Positions 11,372 to 25,354 of a stretch of DNA of 64,000 nt are shown one piece after another. Within the stretch, counting starts at the first letter, position 1. Each line of letters starts with the position of its first letter. The stretch is from Octopus sinensis (Eukaryota): positions 3,472,001-3,536,000 of the forward strand of contig NC_043012.1 in the NCBI RefSeq assembly GCF_006345805.1. Reading direction: 5' to 3'. The translations under genes were made by a program, and so were the position numbers. The notes under the pieces are model-generated. The model did no database searches. It had not been told where the DNA came from and was given only the letters and a program-made list of their open reading frames with translations.

Positions 11372-14300
11372 TTATATATATATATATATATGTGCACACA
11401 CACACCTAAACACTATCAACAAATTTGTAGAATGGTGTGTTACTCACAAACATTACACTGTCGTTAGGCAAACATGGCTTGTCTAGCAAGAAATAACATT
11501 TAATGTCAAAATAGGTTTCTTTTTTTCCTAATACCTGCATCTGTATCGAGAACAAAATATCACAACATAACATTTATTCTATCACATATCACAAAAATAG
11601 AAAAGAAAAAACAAGAGTGTTTTTTAATTGTTTATTTATAAAATTTGTTTTCATGAAGTCAGTTTGATACAGCAGCAAATAACAGATAGGAACATGTAAA
11701 GAAAAATGAGGTGACAAGAATTCCCATCTTACAAATACTTTCATACAATGATAGGGTGGGATCGTTTGTATATGGTACTTTAACACAAACCGGATGCATA
11801 AAGAAAAAAAAATGCATATTGTTTTTTCAGCCTTAAAAGGATTTTGAACCAATAAGATATTGTTCTGAGTCATTATTTTTTGGCTGCTCTTTTAAAAATA
11901 ACAAAAACTTCCAAGTGAATTGGGGGGGGGGGTTCTTATATTCTTTAGCATTAAAATTTTTTTTATTATTTATTTATTTGTCTTTTTTTTTTATTAATGA
12001 CAATCAGAGGAGTAAATAGAAAAGTTTTCCTTGAAGTGAAAACCTGACCCAAATGCTTACAACACAGTGAATGCCCACGGGTCAGGTGGTGGCGTTAACA
12101 CCAAAAGACGGATTAAAATGATTCGATACAACTTTCTGTCAACCAGAGATCACTCTCAAGGTTATGTCAGAAGGCAGTTGTCTAAAAGTGCTGATGCAGT
12201 TGCAAAGCAAAGTTACTAACCACACAGCCATGCCTGTGCCCTATGTTAATACTTGAAAAGTTTTGACAGATGAACAATTAACATATCTTCCAAACTTCTT
12301 AGAATGTAAAAAAGACAGGCATAAACATGTCGTATTTGGCTGTGGTAAAAAGCTGTTGAAATATAATCTCAGAATTAATCCAAATTAAGCTACACATGTT
12401 TTGGAGAGTTAAAAATTTTTTTTTCTTTTTGTTGTTGTGAACAAGATAAATACAAGGGTCAAACAAAATTATGATTATAATTATGATTTCTAACACAGAC
12501 ACTGGATCTCAAATTTTGGGACAGCTTTAGACAACAACAAAAAAAAATCAATACTTAAATGATGCTTATTTTATTGACTGGGGTTGAACTGGGAACATGA
12601 AGAGACATTAGCTAAATACTGCAAAGAAGTGTTTCTTGGACACACTAACCAATTTGGCCATTGCTAACCCTTACCATTGGTTATAACAAATATTTCTAAT
12701 TTAGGGACAAGACCATCAATTTTTAAGAGGAGAGAAACAGCTGACCTTTGTGGGATTTGAACTCTGAATGTAAAGAGCTAGAACAAATACTGCTAGGTAT
12801 TTAATGGCTCTGTCAGTCTCCCACACTGGCAATAGTAGTTTCTGATGTAGGCATAAGGCCATCAATTTTGAGGGGAGGGGTTAGTTGATCAGATCAACCT
12901 CAGTATTTGACTAGTGCTTTATTTTTTCAACCTTGGACAGTTGAAAGGTAAAGTTAACTAAAGTAAGACTTGAAGACAGAACCTAAAAGACCAGAACCAT
13001 TTTTCTGATGCTCTAATGATTCTGCAAACTCAATGCCCTAATAATAAGGATTTCAAATTTTGGCACAGGACCAGCATTTTCAGGGGACAAGATAAGTCAA
13101 TTATATTGACCCCAATGTTCGACTGGTATTTATTTCATCAACTCCTAGAGGATGGAAGGCAAAGTTGACCTCAGCAGAATTTGAACTCAGAACATAAAGA
13201 TAAACAATACTGCTAAGCATTTTGCTTGGCATGCTAACATTTCTGCTAGCTCGCTGCTTTTCACTGCCCTAATGATAAGAACAATAAATAATAACAAAAA
13301 AAAAAAGTATTTAGGATATGCTTTTAGACATGGAACACCACTAAAACATTTCAGCCTGCTGTCTCATCCAGACAAAGATGCAAAAAACGAATATGAAATA
13401 TGTGGCTTGTATTTGTTATTTTCATAATATATTTGGGAGAAACTAGGGCTGGTAGAGTAAATATTTACTGGTTGAATATTCTTAATGTCAACCACTCTAT
13501 AATGAAGTTAGACTAGTTTGTAATTTCGGCTAGATAACCACTTTAAGGCAACACACAATGCAAAGCTCATAGTAGGCTAGAGCACTAGTCCACTCCAAGC
13601 ATTGCTTGGCCATGAGAATTACACTGTATGACAAGCCCAGTGACTCAATTCTTTTCAGTGAGAGTGTTGGTGCTTGGTTGGTTCGTTGGTTAGAGTAATC
13701 TATATGAGTAGGGGACAATCAATACTTGTGTTTCCTTTTTGTTCCTAGTTAGAAGAACAACAATGACAGTGAAGTTGGTGAGATCAGTGTTTGTAAAAAA
13801 CACATGGGAAAATATGTTCCAGTGCATCAGCCTCGCCATCACCCGTGGCAACGCTACAAACATGCTGGCCTCAATAGCCATTAGAGAGGTTTCCCAGCAT
13901 GCCCAACTTTTCAACCCAAAGCAGTGAATTGTTTGGGTTTCTCTTTTTTCTCTTTCTTTTTAATTTTTCAATTCTGTTCTCTGTTTTGTCCAATTTTCTA
14001 ATTTAATTTTTTAAAACGGTAAACACTGTCAAGGTAATAAACAAGTACATCTCATATATTTTAAAATGATAAAATGACCAATAGAAGCGGTTTTAATAAA
14101 TATTTTAAAGATAAAAAAAAAAAATTAGTTACGGAAAAGGAAGACTGACTAATATGATTTAGTAAGAGCTTTAAAGAGACAGAGTGGGTGGGGGGGGGGG
14201 GAGAGAAAAGCAGTTAAGGTCAGTGGGGTGGATGGGGAATATTCTGTTCAGAGGCAGCAGGGACTATTTTAGTTTTGCTAGAAGTGTTTCGGGAAGGGAC

Positions 14301-15539
14301 ACTATAACTTATTACTGAAAGCTTTCATACCAAGTATATGGTATTCTTTGGGGGAAGGGGTGGCGAACCTTGAACTGCTGCAAAAATGTAAACAGTCTAC
14401 TGGTGCAAGATAAAATCATTTTATGTGAAGGTTAGCAGCAGCTCAGAATTGAAATACTTAAAAAAAAAAAATTGAAAAAAAGCATTACTAAAAATAAATA
14501 CATATAATAAATTAGAGATATCACAGGACAGTAAAATAGAAAAGGTTTAATAAATTAGCATTGCGTATGATTTCTCCTGTTAATCAAATATTCACAGGAT
14601 ACAATATTTCATCAACAAAATTGCCCTTAAAAACAATTTGACAAGGCAATGCTTTTCAGCTATTGTGTAGAAGCATCTTAAACTAATTTAACCAACAATC
14701 TCATTAGTAACAATTTTAGTGGCAGAGCCATTGTGCATAACAATTAGAGGCAGAAGCCTTCACACAGAAAAGATGTTACATGTAAATTTATGAATGATAA
14801 TATTAAATGACCTTAGTTTACATATCTTTCATACATTTTTGTAATTTCTTTACCATATATGGAATTTTATTGAGTCTACACTCAAAATATAGTTGTTTCA
14901 ATTAAAATAATAATAATCTACCAGCAAGCAGGGTAGTAGAAAGAGGTAACAATATTGGTTTAAAATTTTGGCACAAGGCCAGCAATTTTGGAGGAGGGGC
15001 TAAGTCGATTACATCGACTCCCAATACTCAACTGGTACTTATTTTATCGACCCCGAAAGGATGAAAGGCAAAGTTGACCCTGGTGAAATTTGGATTCCGA
15101 ATGTAAAGCTGGACAAAATGCTGTTAAGCATTCTGCCTGGTGTGTGATTCTACCAGCTTGCCACCTTGATAGAGGCAAAAATATTAAAGTGAGATTAAAT
15201 AGGTGATGAGCTACACATTTACATACTTTAAATAGTGAATATCACTATTAAGAATATTTTCATTAAAAAACAAAAAAGAAAAAAAAAGGAAAAAAAAAGC
15301 ACAAATCCCCAATGAAAGGGTATCAGAAATTTTTTCTTAAATCAATTTTAAGTGAACATAAATACTTATGTATTAAAAACAGAAGAACATCTCAGAGAAA
15401 GATACTCTCACACTGAAATGATAAAATATTAAAAAGAAATTTGTTTTTAAAAATTGAAAACCCCCCACATCCCCCCAAAAAAACAAAAAACCGTAAGTGC
15501 CCTAACAGTCAACTTTTAAAAAAAATTTCACAGCCATGG

Positions 15540-15815
15540 TTAAATGGGTGAATAGGGCATGGCATCTTGCAATGTTAGGCGAAGTAATATCTGTACACAA
15601 TAAAATTTGTCGGCAATCAACTGAAGTTTTCTACCACATGTCATCCAATAAAAACTGTCGCCCAGGAGCCGGAGAATCTGTCCACAGTGGTCATATATGT
15701 TGACATCTGGACTAGATTCTGAACTACTTCCAGAATTATCTGGGTCAACAGCCATATTCAGATCAGCAGGATTAGCCATTTGGGAAGAACACACGTAGCA
15801 ATTTTCTCCAGACAT
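15540..15815 (-). CDS. Small BH3-only-like protein with two tandem BH3 motifs (79 aa from ATG 15779, or 91 aa from ATG 15815)
   Basis: CGQILRLLGDSF and CGRKLQLIADKF both fit the BH3 pattern L-x-x-hydrophobic-G/A-D-x-hydrophobic. They follow a Ser/Asp-rich, low-complexity N-terminus. A strong minus-strand acceptor TTATCCATTTCTTTATTTTTGTAG|G opens the exon at 15876. Confidence 0.7.
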   Translation of the reverse strand: MSGENCYVCSSQMANPADLNMAVDPDNSGSSSESSPDVNIYDHCGQILRLLGDSFYWMTCGRKLQLIADKFYCVQILLRLTLQDAMPYSPI

Positions 15816-16149
15816 ATATATATATATATAACTATATATATGTATTTCTTATACAATATTAGTTCAGAAGTCAATCCTACAAAAATAAAGAAATGGATAA
15901 TACTGTAGAAAGTGAAGCTCACATTTCTTGAATGATACATTGTCAAAGTCATTTCTAACATAAATAGTTTTTCTGAAATCCTCATCAAATGTGATAACTT
16001 GAAAAATTAACTAACAAGCATTCCTGAAGCTATATCAATATAACTAATGCTATGCATACATAAAATGCTGGTCCAAAACTCAACGTAGTGTGCATGCATG
16101 ACAGAGTGTAAATGATTTAAGAGGAAAATTGGGTATAAAAAGTATCAGA

Positions 16150-16650
16150 TATTGTATGCAAGGGGGAAGGTTGCACTGGTTTGGTCATGTGATGCATATG
16201 GATGAGGACAGCTGCAAAAAGAAGTGCTGAGCTCTAATAGCAGAGAGAATCTGTGGAGGGGGTAGACCCAGGAAGATGTGGGACAAAGTGGTGGGAAAGG
16301 ATCTTTAGATGCTGGGCTTCACTGAGGAAATGACAAGGGACCGGTAGTTGTAGCGTTTTGCTGTACTTGAGAAGATATGCCAAGCTAAGTAAAATTGCTT
16401 TCTTCTATACATACAGGCTTGACCTTCACAGACGCTGGTGTTACATGAAATGCACTTATGGCAGTGCAGCATAAATGCAGCACCCTCTATAAAACGGTTG
16501 GTATTAGGAAAGGCATCCAGCCATAGAAACCATGCCACAACAGACAATTACAATCTGGACAGCAACCCAGGTGGTCAGCTCCATGTTAAACCATCCAACC
16601 TGTGCCAGCATGGAAACTGGACGTTAAATGAGGATGATGGTGTAACTAAC
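16150..16650 (+). mobile_element. RTE-clade LINE 3' fragment (degenerate)
   Basis: Translates as RLHWFGHVMHMDED...*...GRPRKMW, the RTE ORF2 C-terminus, followed by the family C tail and GATGATG. Confidence 0.75.
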
Positions 16651-19600
16651 TGATGTTTCTACATTTAAAAAGCACCAAAAATGAGTGCGGTGTTATCCGT
16701 ACAACTTCAAAATAAGCAACAGGATATCCAGAGGTGATGCAGTACGACTGTTTCACAGCGGTGGTGCTCCAGCATGGCCGCGGCCTTCGGGCTAAAACAT
16801 TTTTAAGGATATATACAGAGAGAGAGTGGGGAGCAGAGCTTTTCTTTAAAAAATGCTATATTGAAGACATCATATTTGAGTTTGTGGATGTGTGAGGAGT
16901 CTGCTTCCCAATTACAGGGTTCCAGGCTCAATCCCACAGTGTGGCACCTTGGGCAAGTGTCTTCTACAATAGTCTCAAGCCGACCAAAGCCTTGTGAGTG
17001 GATTTGGTAAACAGAAACTGAAAAGAAGGTCGTGTACATATATATATATATATGTATGTGTGGTGTATATGTGTCAGTGTTTGTTCCCACTGCCACTTGA
17101 CAATTGGTGTTGGTGTGTTTATGTACCCGCAGCTTAGTGGTTCAGTAAATGACACCAATAAAATAAGTACCAGACTTAAAACAAAAATCTGGTGTCAATT
17201 CGTTCAACTAAAAAAAAAAGGGAGAAAAAGTTCTTCAAGGCAGTGCCCCAGCATGGCCACAGTCATAAGCCTAATATTAGAAACATAAGTTAACATAAAA
17301 TTCTGACAGAAGATTTTAATGTAGACCACTCTAAAACATGAAGTTTGTATATTAAGACCAAGAGTGTTTTCAAGCTAAAAAAATGTAAACTCTTTAGCTT
17401 AAAAATTAGATTCTAGAGAGAAAAAAATTTTATATATTCATTTTTATTTACCAAATAAACTTTTCTTCCAGATTTTCTGAACAGAATTTTCCTTTGTTTT
17501 GAAAGTGTATCAAAATCTGTAAATAAAATAAAGACATATAAGAAATTATAGGACATTAATTTTGAAATACCGTGTTATTTTACTTATGGAAGAAGATAAG
17601 AATCTGTTGTTATTTGAACCAAATCCCACTCTAGTCTTGATTCTTAATTATGTTAGGGTTCAAGATTTGGAGGAAGGGAGTTCATGAGACTGGTATCATT
17701 GTCCCAGAAGGCAAAGTCAACACTGAGATTTGAACTTAGAATACAAAAATGTAAAGACTGCAACTAGATATCACAAGTGTATCATTGTTACTTGCTCTAT
17801 CAAACCTGCAGACAAAAGATGAAGCCAACTGTAGCAGGCTTTGAGTTGATGATGTAGAACAGAGGTTGACGACACATGGCCCACATGTAACCATTGAGAT
17901 TTTCTCTATGGGACGCAGACCTTTTCTAAACATGTTTAAAATCTAATGCATTTGTGGGTTGTTGAAGGCTATTCAGCGTGTCCTTTGTTGCACATACATA
18001 TTACCAGTGATGACAATGGGAGGGAGATACAAGGGGACATTTTTATATGTAAGATTATGTAATATATATGTGGACTATGGGCAAATATGACCCCCACTGC
18101 TCCATCTAAGTGTAGCATTACAAGGATGAGAAGTTGTTGATCCCGGATGTAGATAGAAGTACAATGCTAAATACTGCAATACATTTCGTATGTTCTGCTC
18201 AGATGCATCAAACACTTCAAATTAAGTATTTTTAAAATGCAGTGCCAATGAGATTATTGTTCAGTATGAACATTTGTAAGTTGATACCTCTAAAGAAAAT
18301 GCACAAGGAAGCCTCTGGGTCACTCAACCTGCTAGAATTTGTAGTCAAATCTCTCTCAAATCATACCAGAATATCTAGAGTTGTGAACCTAGGGAGAAGT
18401 GGGAATTCAAGAGGAATACAGTTCAGAGGAAAAGAGGACTGAGTAAAGTGCTAGTGAGTTAGAGATCTCAAATATGATGAGAGGAGGGGAAAAGGAGAAA
18501 CTGGAGCATCACTTATACAGCTGGCTAGTTCACAGGAGGTCAGCAGCTGTGGTTGTTTGTATGAGGGACACAAACAATACATTCCATCTGTGGGGCAGCA
18601 GTTGTTATCAGAGTGGTCTCAACAGTATTTAGGAAACAATGCATTGGAGTACAAACATATTTAGATTAGAATTCAGCCTGGAGACTCGTGGGATCCCTGA
18701 GCATGTCCTTCCTTTAAGATGGCACTGGTTATGTGTTAGTGAGGGACTCATTTTCAGTGTATTTTAATGTAAAATGTTTGAGTGTGAAACAGATGCACCT
18801 GAGCGAAGGATGAGAGCTGTAGTCCCTGCGTGCAGGTTGCAAATAGCTTTGTAGTACAACACAAACTGATCAGAGAGGTGGTCTTTTTCTGGATCTGAAC
18901 AATGTTGTCTCTGCTTGTTGATACATTCACCACTGTTTCTTAAGAACTATATTTCAGGAATTTTTAAAACAAGTGTCATTGACGAAAAATAATTTTATAA
19001 TATCTGTGCTGTTATGACATTCATGCATTTCCAAAACAACTTTGTGGGGTAAATGAGAAACAATGAACTGAGAATTTACTACATACCACAGTACCATATA
19101 CATAAAATGTGAGCTAACAAGGGGCTTATTGAACGGTTAAAAATAGCAACCATTGTTAATCGGTATTAAGTGAAAAGAATTCTGCAAAGGAATGCATCAG
19201 CTAAGCTTTGGATTTTCATTAGAAGGTTGGATAAAATGCAATTTTTTTTTTACAGCCCTTTACCTTGAGAGTTCAAATACCATTGAACCAAGTTTTGTTT
19301 TCCGGTGTCGTTAAAATAAAATTCTATTCAACTAAGTATTGGGGATCAATTTAATATTCTTGTAAGGTAGAGTATCCTAGATGTGAATGAATTATAATAG
19401 AAAACAAGACAAGGATTGTCATAAAAGACGAGAAAAAAAGTCAAAAGAGAATATAGGGTGTTACTTCTTCGTATAGACTTACGAAGCCGGCAACACGACG
19501 ACGACCTAGAGGATTATGTCTCACTAATTCCAATAACTACTATAGAGAGATATGAAAATAGCGCGCGGCTGGTGGCTAGACTGGGTCCAGAAAAGGGACT

Positions 19601-19820
19601 AGTTAACATGGTCAAGAGCTAGGATTGAGAAACAGCATCTATGTAATCACTCGACCTGCTAAAAATTGCAACCAAATTTCGCCTAAATCAAACTCCATCA
19701 CATTAAAATAAAGACTGGTACACATTAGATAGAATAATCTTAAAGACCACCACATCCAAAGTAAACGAGGTGGCCATCACTGGAATACCTTTAGTTAAAT
19801 AAAACTATGTATATATATAT

Positions 19821-19862
<42 letters not shown>

Positions 19863-20388
19863 TGGCAATCTTACGGAAAGATCAAAAATAAAAGATGTGA
19901 AAGTGAATCTATCGAGGAAAAACCCAGCCATGTTGAGGAATGTCAAGTGCGCGAAGACAATACAAAGTATAAATTGACAATCAGGCAAAACAAATTTTAA
20001 TTCCCAATAGTAATCGTTCGGTTTAGGTCGATAATTCGATCATTCTTTTAAGAAGACATATGTCAATGTAAGAAAAATAACAACTCCAAGTTACGGTAGA
20101 CACGGAAATAGATTTTTGAAAAAGACTGATTAAAACCCATACAACTCCAAAAATAAATTAAATATTTTCTTCTTAGTAAACATAGTTATACTTGAAAGAG
20201 CTACAAGTTAATACTGAAATACTTAGAATTAGAAAGAACAATAAAAATTAAAACACTTAAAAATATATAATGACTAAACATACCTGGACAGGTGGTAGCT
20301 TGTCAAAAAAAATCAGAAATAAATTAAAACCGATATTGGATATTGGAAAAAAGGAAATTATAAACAAAAAAAGAGTAAATCAACTTAC

Positions 20389-20790
20389 AGGAGCTGTTAC
20401 TGTGTTGTGTGTCAACAGGATCCGTTAAGAGGAAGACGTATAAAGCTTTCCGAACGACAAGATGTTACACACGAGACGACTTTCTTGGAAGACATCGAAG
20501 AATAACAAGAAACGTGATGTAAAAAAATAAATAAATTATGAAGCAGAAAAGAAAAAATATCAAGAACGATAACTCGTGACGGCATCACGTGATAAAGAAT
20601 GCGTATGTATGTATGTATATATGTCATACATACATGTGTGTGTGTGTGTGAGCAGGTGTATCTATGTATTATATGTATATTTCAATACACCTACTCGCAC
20701 TATATGTACAATACTTATACCCGCACCCATTTTTAATGTTTCACGTTGAATGCCAGCATTCATTCACGTGTGACGTGACGTATTAATATT
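20389..20790 (-). promoter_or_regulatory. Candidate promoter and non-coding first exon of the BH3-only-like gene
   Basis: Minus-strand donor GTAAGT at 20388-20383, a local CpG-rich patch, CACGTG at 20586 and 20765, and tandem TGACGT at 20771 and 20776. The link to the 15876 acceptor is inferred. Confidence 0.4.
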
Positions 20791-20947
20791 CTTTGGTCTT
20801 TTTGTCTGATAGCTTATGAGGCTATTTTTACAGTGAAATAGTTAATATCCTTGATTTGTGAGGAGAAAAAATTAAAGTTTCAAGTAGGTCAGCTTGGCAA
20901 AGAAATATTGGAAAGATTTTTTTAAAGCGATATTCTTAGCTTTACTT

Positions 20948-21071
20948 CTAATCTATCTATCAGTCTATCTATCTACCTACCTACCTGTCTATCTATCTAT
21001 CTATCTATCTACCTACCTACCTGTCTATCTACCTATCTGTCTATCTATCTATCTGTCTATCTATCTATCTG

Positions 21072-21136
<65 letters not shown>

Positions 21137-21212
21137 ATTTCTATCAACCTATCTGTCTGTCTATCTATCCATCTATCTACCTATCTATCTGACTGTCTAT
21201 CTATCTATCATT
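20948..21212 (+). repeat. (TCTA)n/(CCTA)n tetranucleotide microsatellite
   Basis: Seen directly. It explains the spurious ORF 20894..21241. Confidence 0.95.
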
Positions 21213-22220
21213 ATATATTATATATATATATTACAACGTAGAATCACAAAGTAAGTTACTCCAAGCTTCAAATAAACCTAAATTCATATTCGACTGAATC
21301 CAATCACCACAACCACTGAATACATAACCTTCAAACATAAGTTTGACAGGGTTTCAGTGCAACCACATGTAAAGGAGTTGTTAAGATCTGGCTGTCTGAG
21401 GATTTTAAAATCAGTCATCCTATCTGGCTATTCAAGTAGGCCATTAGGCAAAGCTTATAGTTACAGTCAATATGAACTTCATAACAAATTTGACTCTTAG
21501 TATTGATCTTCCCATGAGAAAATACTCTGTTGTTATTTTTAAATTTCTTTAAAATAGCAACCTAAAATTGATTTTTAGAGATGAATATACGCCGTAAGAA
21601 GTTTGCTTCCCAATCACACGGTACTGGGTTCAGTTCTACTGCATGGCACCTTGGGCAAGTGTCTTCTATTATAACCTCAAGCTGTCCAAAGTCTTGTGAG
21701 TGGATTTGGTAGGCAGAAACTGAACAGAAGCCTATCATATATATATGTATATATGTGTGTGTGTACTGGGGTTGATTTATTCAACTAAAATTATTTCAAG
21801 GCAATGTTGCTGACTAATGACTGAAAGAAGTAAAAAAGATAAAAGATACATATGCACATACATTATTTAAGACATCTGATCATGTGAAACCATAAATTTG
21901 CATCTGGAAAGTTCCTTACCAGGTTACATGCTTGGGCATGCAGCAGGTCTTCCCTCTTAATGTCACCAATGTTATCCAAAATAAAAAGCGCAGAGGATGA
22001 AATAGCTTGGATACTAGCGTTGTTGAAGTAAAACTCAGAATATAAAGATCTGGTACAAATTCTACCAAGTATTTAGTCTGATGTTTTAACAATTCTAACA
22101 ATCCAGTATCCCATACTAGTATCTTATGTCATGAACTTGGGAAGTATGAACGGGAAGGCTGATTTCAGTGAGATTTGAACAAAGAACATAAAGAACTCAA
22201 ACAATATTGGGTGTTACTTT

Positions 22221-22612
22221 AAGGTAGCGAGCTGGCAGAAACGTTAGCACGCCGGGCAAAATGCTTAGCGGTATTTCGTCTGCGTTACGTTGTGAGTTCA
22301 AATTCCGCCGAGGTCGACTTTGCCTTTCATCCTTTCGGGGTCGATAAATTAAGTACCAGTTATGCACTGGGGTCGATGTAATCGACTTAATACCTATGTC
22401 TGTCCTTGTTTGTCCCCTCTGTGTTTAGCCCCTTGTGGGTAGTAAAGAAATAGGTATTTTGTCTGTCTTTACGTTCTGAGTTCAAATTCTGCCGTGGTAA
22501 ACTTTGCCTTTTATCCTTTCAGGGTCGATAAATTAAGCACTAGTTGCATATTGGGGTCAATCTAATCGACTGGCCCCCTCCCCCAAAATTTTGGGCCTTG
22601 TGTCTAGAGTAG
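22221..22612 (+). mobile_element. SINE family B copy plus an adjacent partial second copy
   Basis: Head AAGGTAGCGAGCTGGCAGAAACGTTAGC. The GAGTTCAAATTC...GTCGATAAATTAAG block is repeated in tandem. Confidence 0.8.
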
Positions 22613-24734
22613 AAAATAATATTCCGTGCTACTTTAACATGCAGTCTACTGGAATATCTGTAGTTTATGCTGTGAAACAACCTGATCTGGGTTAGGGTTA
22701 GGAGTTAGGGTATAGTTAGATGACACACTAAAGTACAAATGGTCGGGTAGACCACATGCTAAAGTGTAAATGGCCATGTAGACTGCATACTTAAGTGACA
22801 ACCCGTATTGCAAGGCATTCTACTGCCCTGGCTGTTGTTTTATCAGCCTTGGGAAGGATGAGAACCAAATCTGACCTCAGTGGGGTTTGAACATAAAACA
22901 AGGTAAGTCAGAACAAATACATCAAGGCTTAGTCAATCAATCACATGGTTCTGCTAATCCATTGCCTGATGCTTAGATAATCAGATAGATACATAGACAA
23001 ATACATAGATAGTCAGATATGTAGATAATTGTACATTTATAGATAGTACTATATCTTATAGACAGTTCTATGTAGATATCTAATAGATAGTACTATACAG
23101 ATAGTTACAATAGCCATGCTGGGTCACTGCCTTGAAGGGTTTAGGTGAACAAATTGGGCACAATAATTTTTGAGTACTAGTATTTATTCTGTTCACATTT
23201 TTGCTGAACTATTAATTTACAGGGACATAAACAAACATGCATGACACTGGATCTAAATGTTTTGTTTACCCATGATACTGTTTCTGCATTCCCACTACAA
23301 CATACACACACACACACACACATCTTGGGCTTCCATGCAGTTTCCATCTGCCAAATTCATTCATAAGGTGTTGGTTGGGCTGGTGTAGAAGACGCTTACT
23401 CAAGGTGCCATGTACTGGGACTGAATCCCAAACCACAGGCTTGCAAAGCCACACCCTCAAAATTTTAGATGCATAACAAGCCTTTAAAATAAAAAAAAAA
23501 TCAGAAATAACCTTCAAATGTTATCTAAGCTTCATTACGTACAAACTTATCTGCATCAAGGTTCCTTCATAATAAAATATATTGGTTATCCATTCTGAAT
23601 ATCATAGACATTACTCACTGGTCAAAGTATCACAGTGATAAAACAATTTCACATTCTGCATTATCTGATCAATTTCTTCATATAGATTTCTAAAATTAAA
23701 AATGTTTCATATGAATGTATGTATGAATGAATGTGTGTGTGTATGAATGAATGTGTGTGTGTGTGAGTGTGAGTGTGTGTTTGTGGGTGTGTTCCAATCA
23801 TTTAGACTACAGTCATGCTGAGACAACAGCTCGAAGAATTCTAATTGAATGCATCAATCACACTTTGTATTAGTTTTTTAATCCTGGTGCTTATTCTATT
23901 GGTCTCTTTTGCCAAACTGCAAAGTTACAGAGGCATAATCACACCAACAGTGGTTGTCAAACAGTCATGTGGAACAAACACAGAGACACATACACACACA
24001 CACATGTATGTATTTGTGTGTGTGTGCGTGTGTATATATATATAATTTCAGTCTACCAAATCCATTCATAAGGCTTTTGTTGGCCTGAGCCATAGTAGAA
24101 AGTACTTACTCAAGGTGTCACACAGTGGGACTGAACCTGCTACCAAGTGGTTGGGAAGCAAACTTCTTATCACACAGCCATGCCTGCACCTGTGTGTGTG
24201 TATGTGTGTGTATTTTGTTACTGACCCATTGAAGCTTAATTTCAAATACGACATTCTATTCACAATTTTTAATCTCATTAATTTCAAGTTTGAAAGAATA
24301 ATTTGAAATATTACATTCTATTCATAAAAACTTAGACAATGAAATCTTTTTTTTTTTGTCATAAAGTGTTCTTGTGTTCTTTATGTGTTCTAACAAGACA
24401 TCCACATTCAATTAGATATGAAGAAGATTAGCTTTTGGTAAAATTAGTTTCTGTGCTTCTGTCACTAATAATTAATACATAAATACACACACACACACTC
24501 ACATATACAGGGTGTGTAAAGTACTTGAGGACATACAATGTTTTGGGGTCATTGCTGCAATTTTGCCAACTCTGTATAATCTTTGTTTCAGAAAATAATA
24601 ATGGCAGACCCTCAGCTTACTCAAGAAATGAAGAGGCATGCTGTTATTGTGGTTATAAAGGGTTAGGGTCTTGGTCACCAGTCATTGCCTCCATGAAGTT
24701 CAAAGTATGAAGATCATGCTTCACCACCTTGTTC

Positions 24735-25240
24735 CATGTCTTCTTGGGTCTACTATAGGTTCCTTCCACAGTTAGAAATCAGCACTTCTTTATACAACTG
24801 TCCTCGTCCATACACATCACATGACCATATCAGTGCAGTTGTTTCTCTTGCACACCACATCCAATTCCTCTTATGCCTAACTTTTCTCCCAAGATGCTTA
24901 CACTCTGTCGAACAAGTACACTGACATTGCACATCCAGGGAAGCATACTCTTCGTTTCTCTCAAGCCTACGCATGTCCTCAGCTGTCATAACCTATGTTT
25001 CACTGCCATACAGCATAGCTGTTCGCACACAGGCATCAAACAATTTGTGTTTCACTATGAGAGAGAGGCCTTTTGTTGCCAGCAGTGGTAGGAGCTCTCT
25101 GATCTTTGCCCAGCCTAAACTTATTCTCACAGCTATGCACTTGGAGCATCCACCTCCACTACTAACTTGGTCACCTAGATAATGGAAGCTATCTACTACC
25201 TCTAGCTTGCACCCCTTGCAGTTGAAGGAGTCTATTTTCT
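24735..25240 (-). mobile_element. RTE-clade LINE ORF2 fragment (degenerate)
   Basis: The reverse strand resembles the 16.15-kb fragment (…CTGATATGGTCATGTGATGTGTATGGACGAGGACAG…). Confidence 0.6.
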
Positions 25241-25315
25241 ACACATTTTCAGCTTTTATTGTACCTGTGCTCCTTCCACATACAAAGCTAGTTTCCCTCT
25301 GTTTCTGTCTCTCTG

Positions 25316-25354
<39 letters not shown>

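Noticed and set aside
17920-18715. p53 half-sites (AAACATGTTT near 17928, GAGCATGTCC near 18699) in the putative BH3-gene intron
   Set aside because: They are isolated half-sites with no adjacent second half, which is expected by chance.
22689-22720. TTAGGG-like repeats as an interstitial telomere
   Set aside because: Only a few degenerate units are present, inside a small inverted-repeat element.
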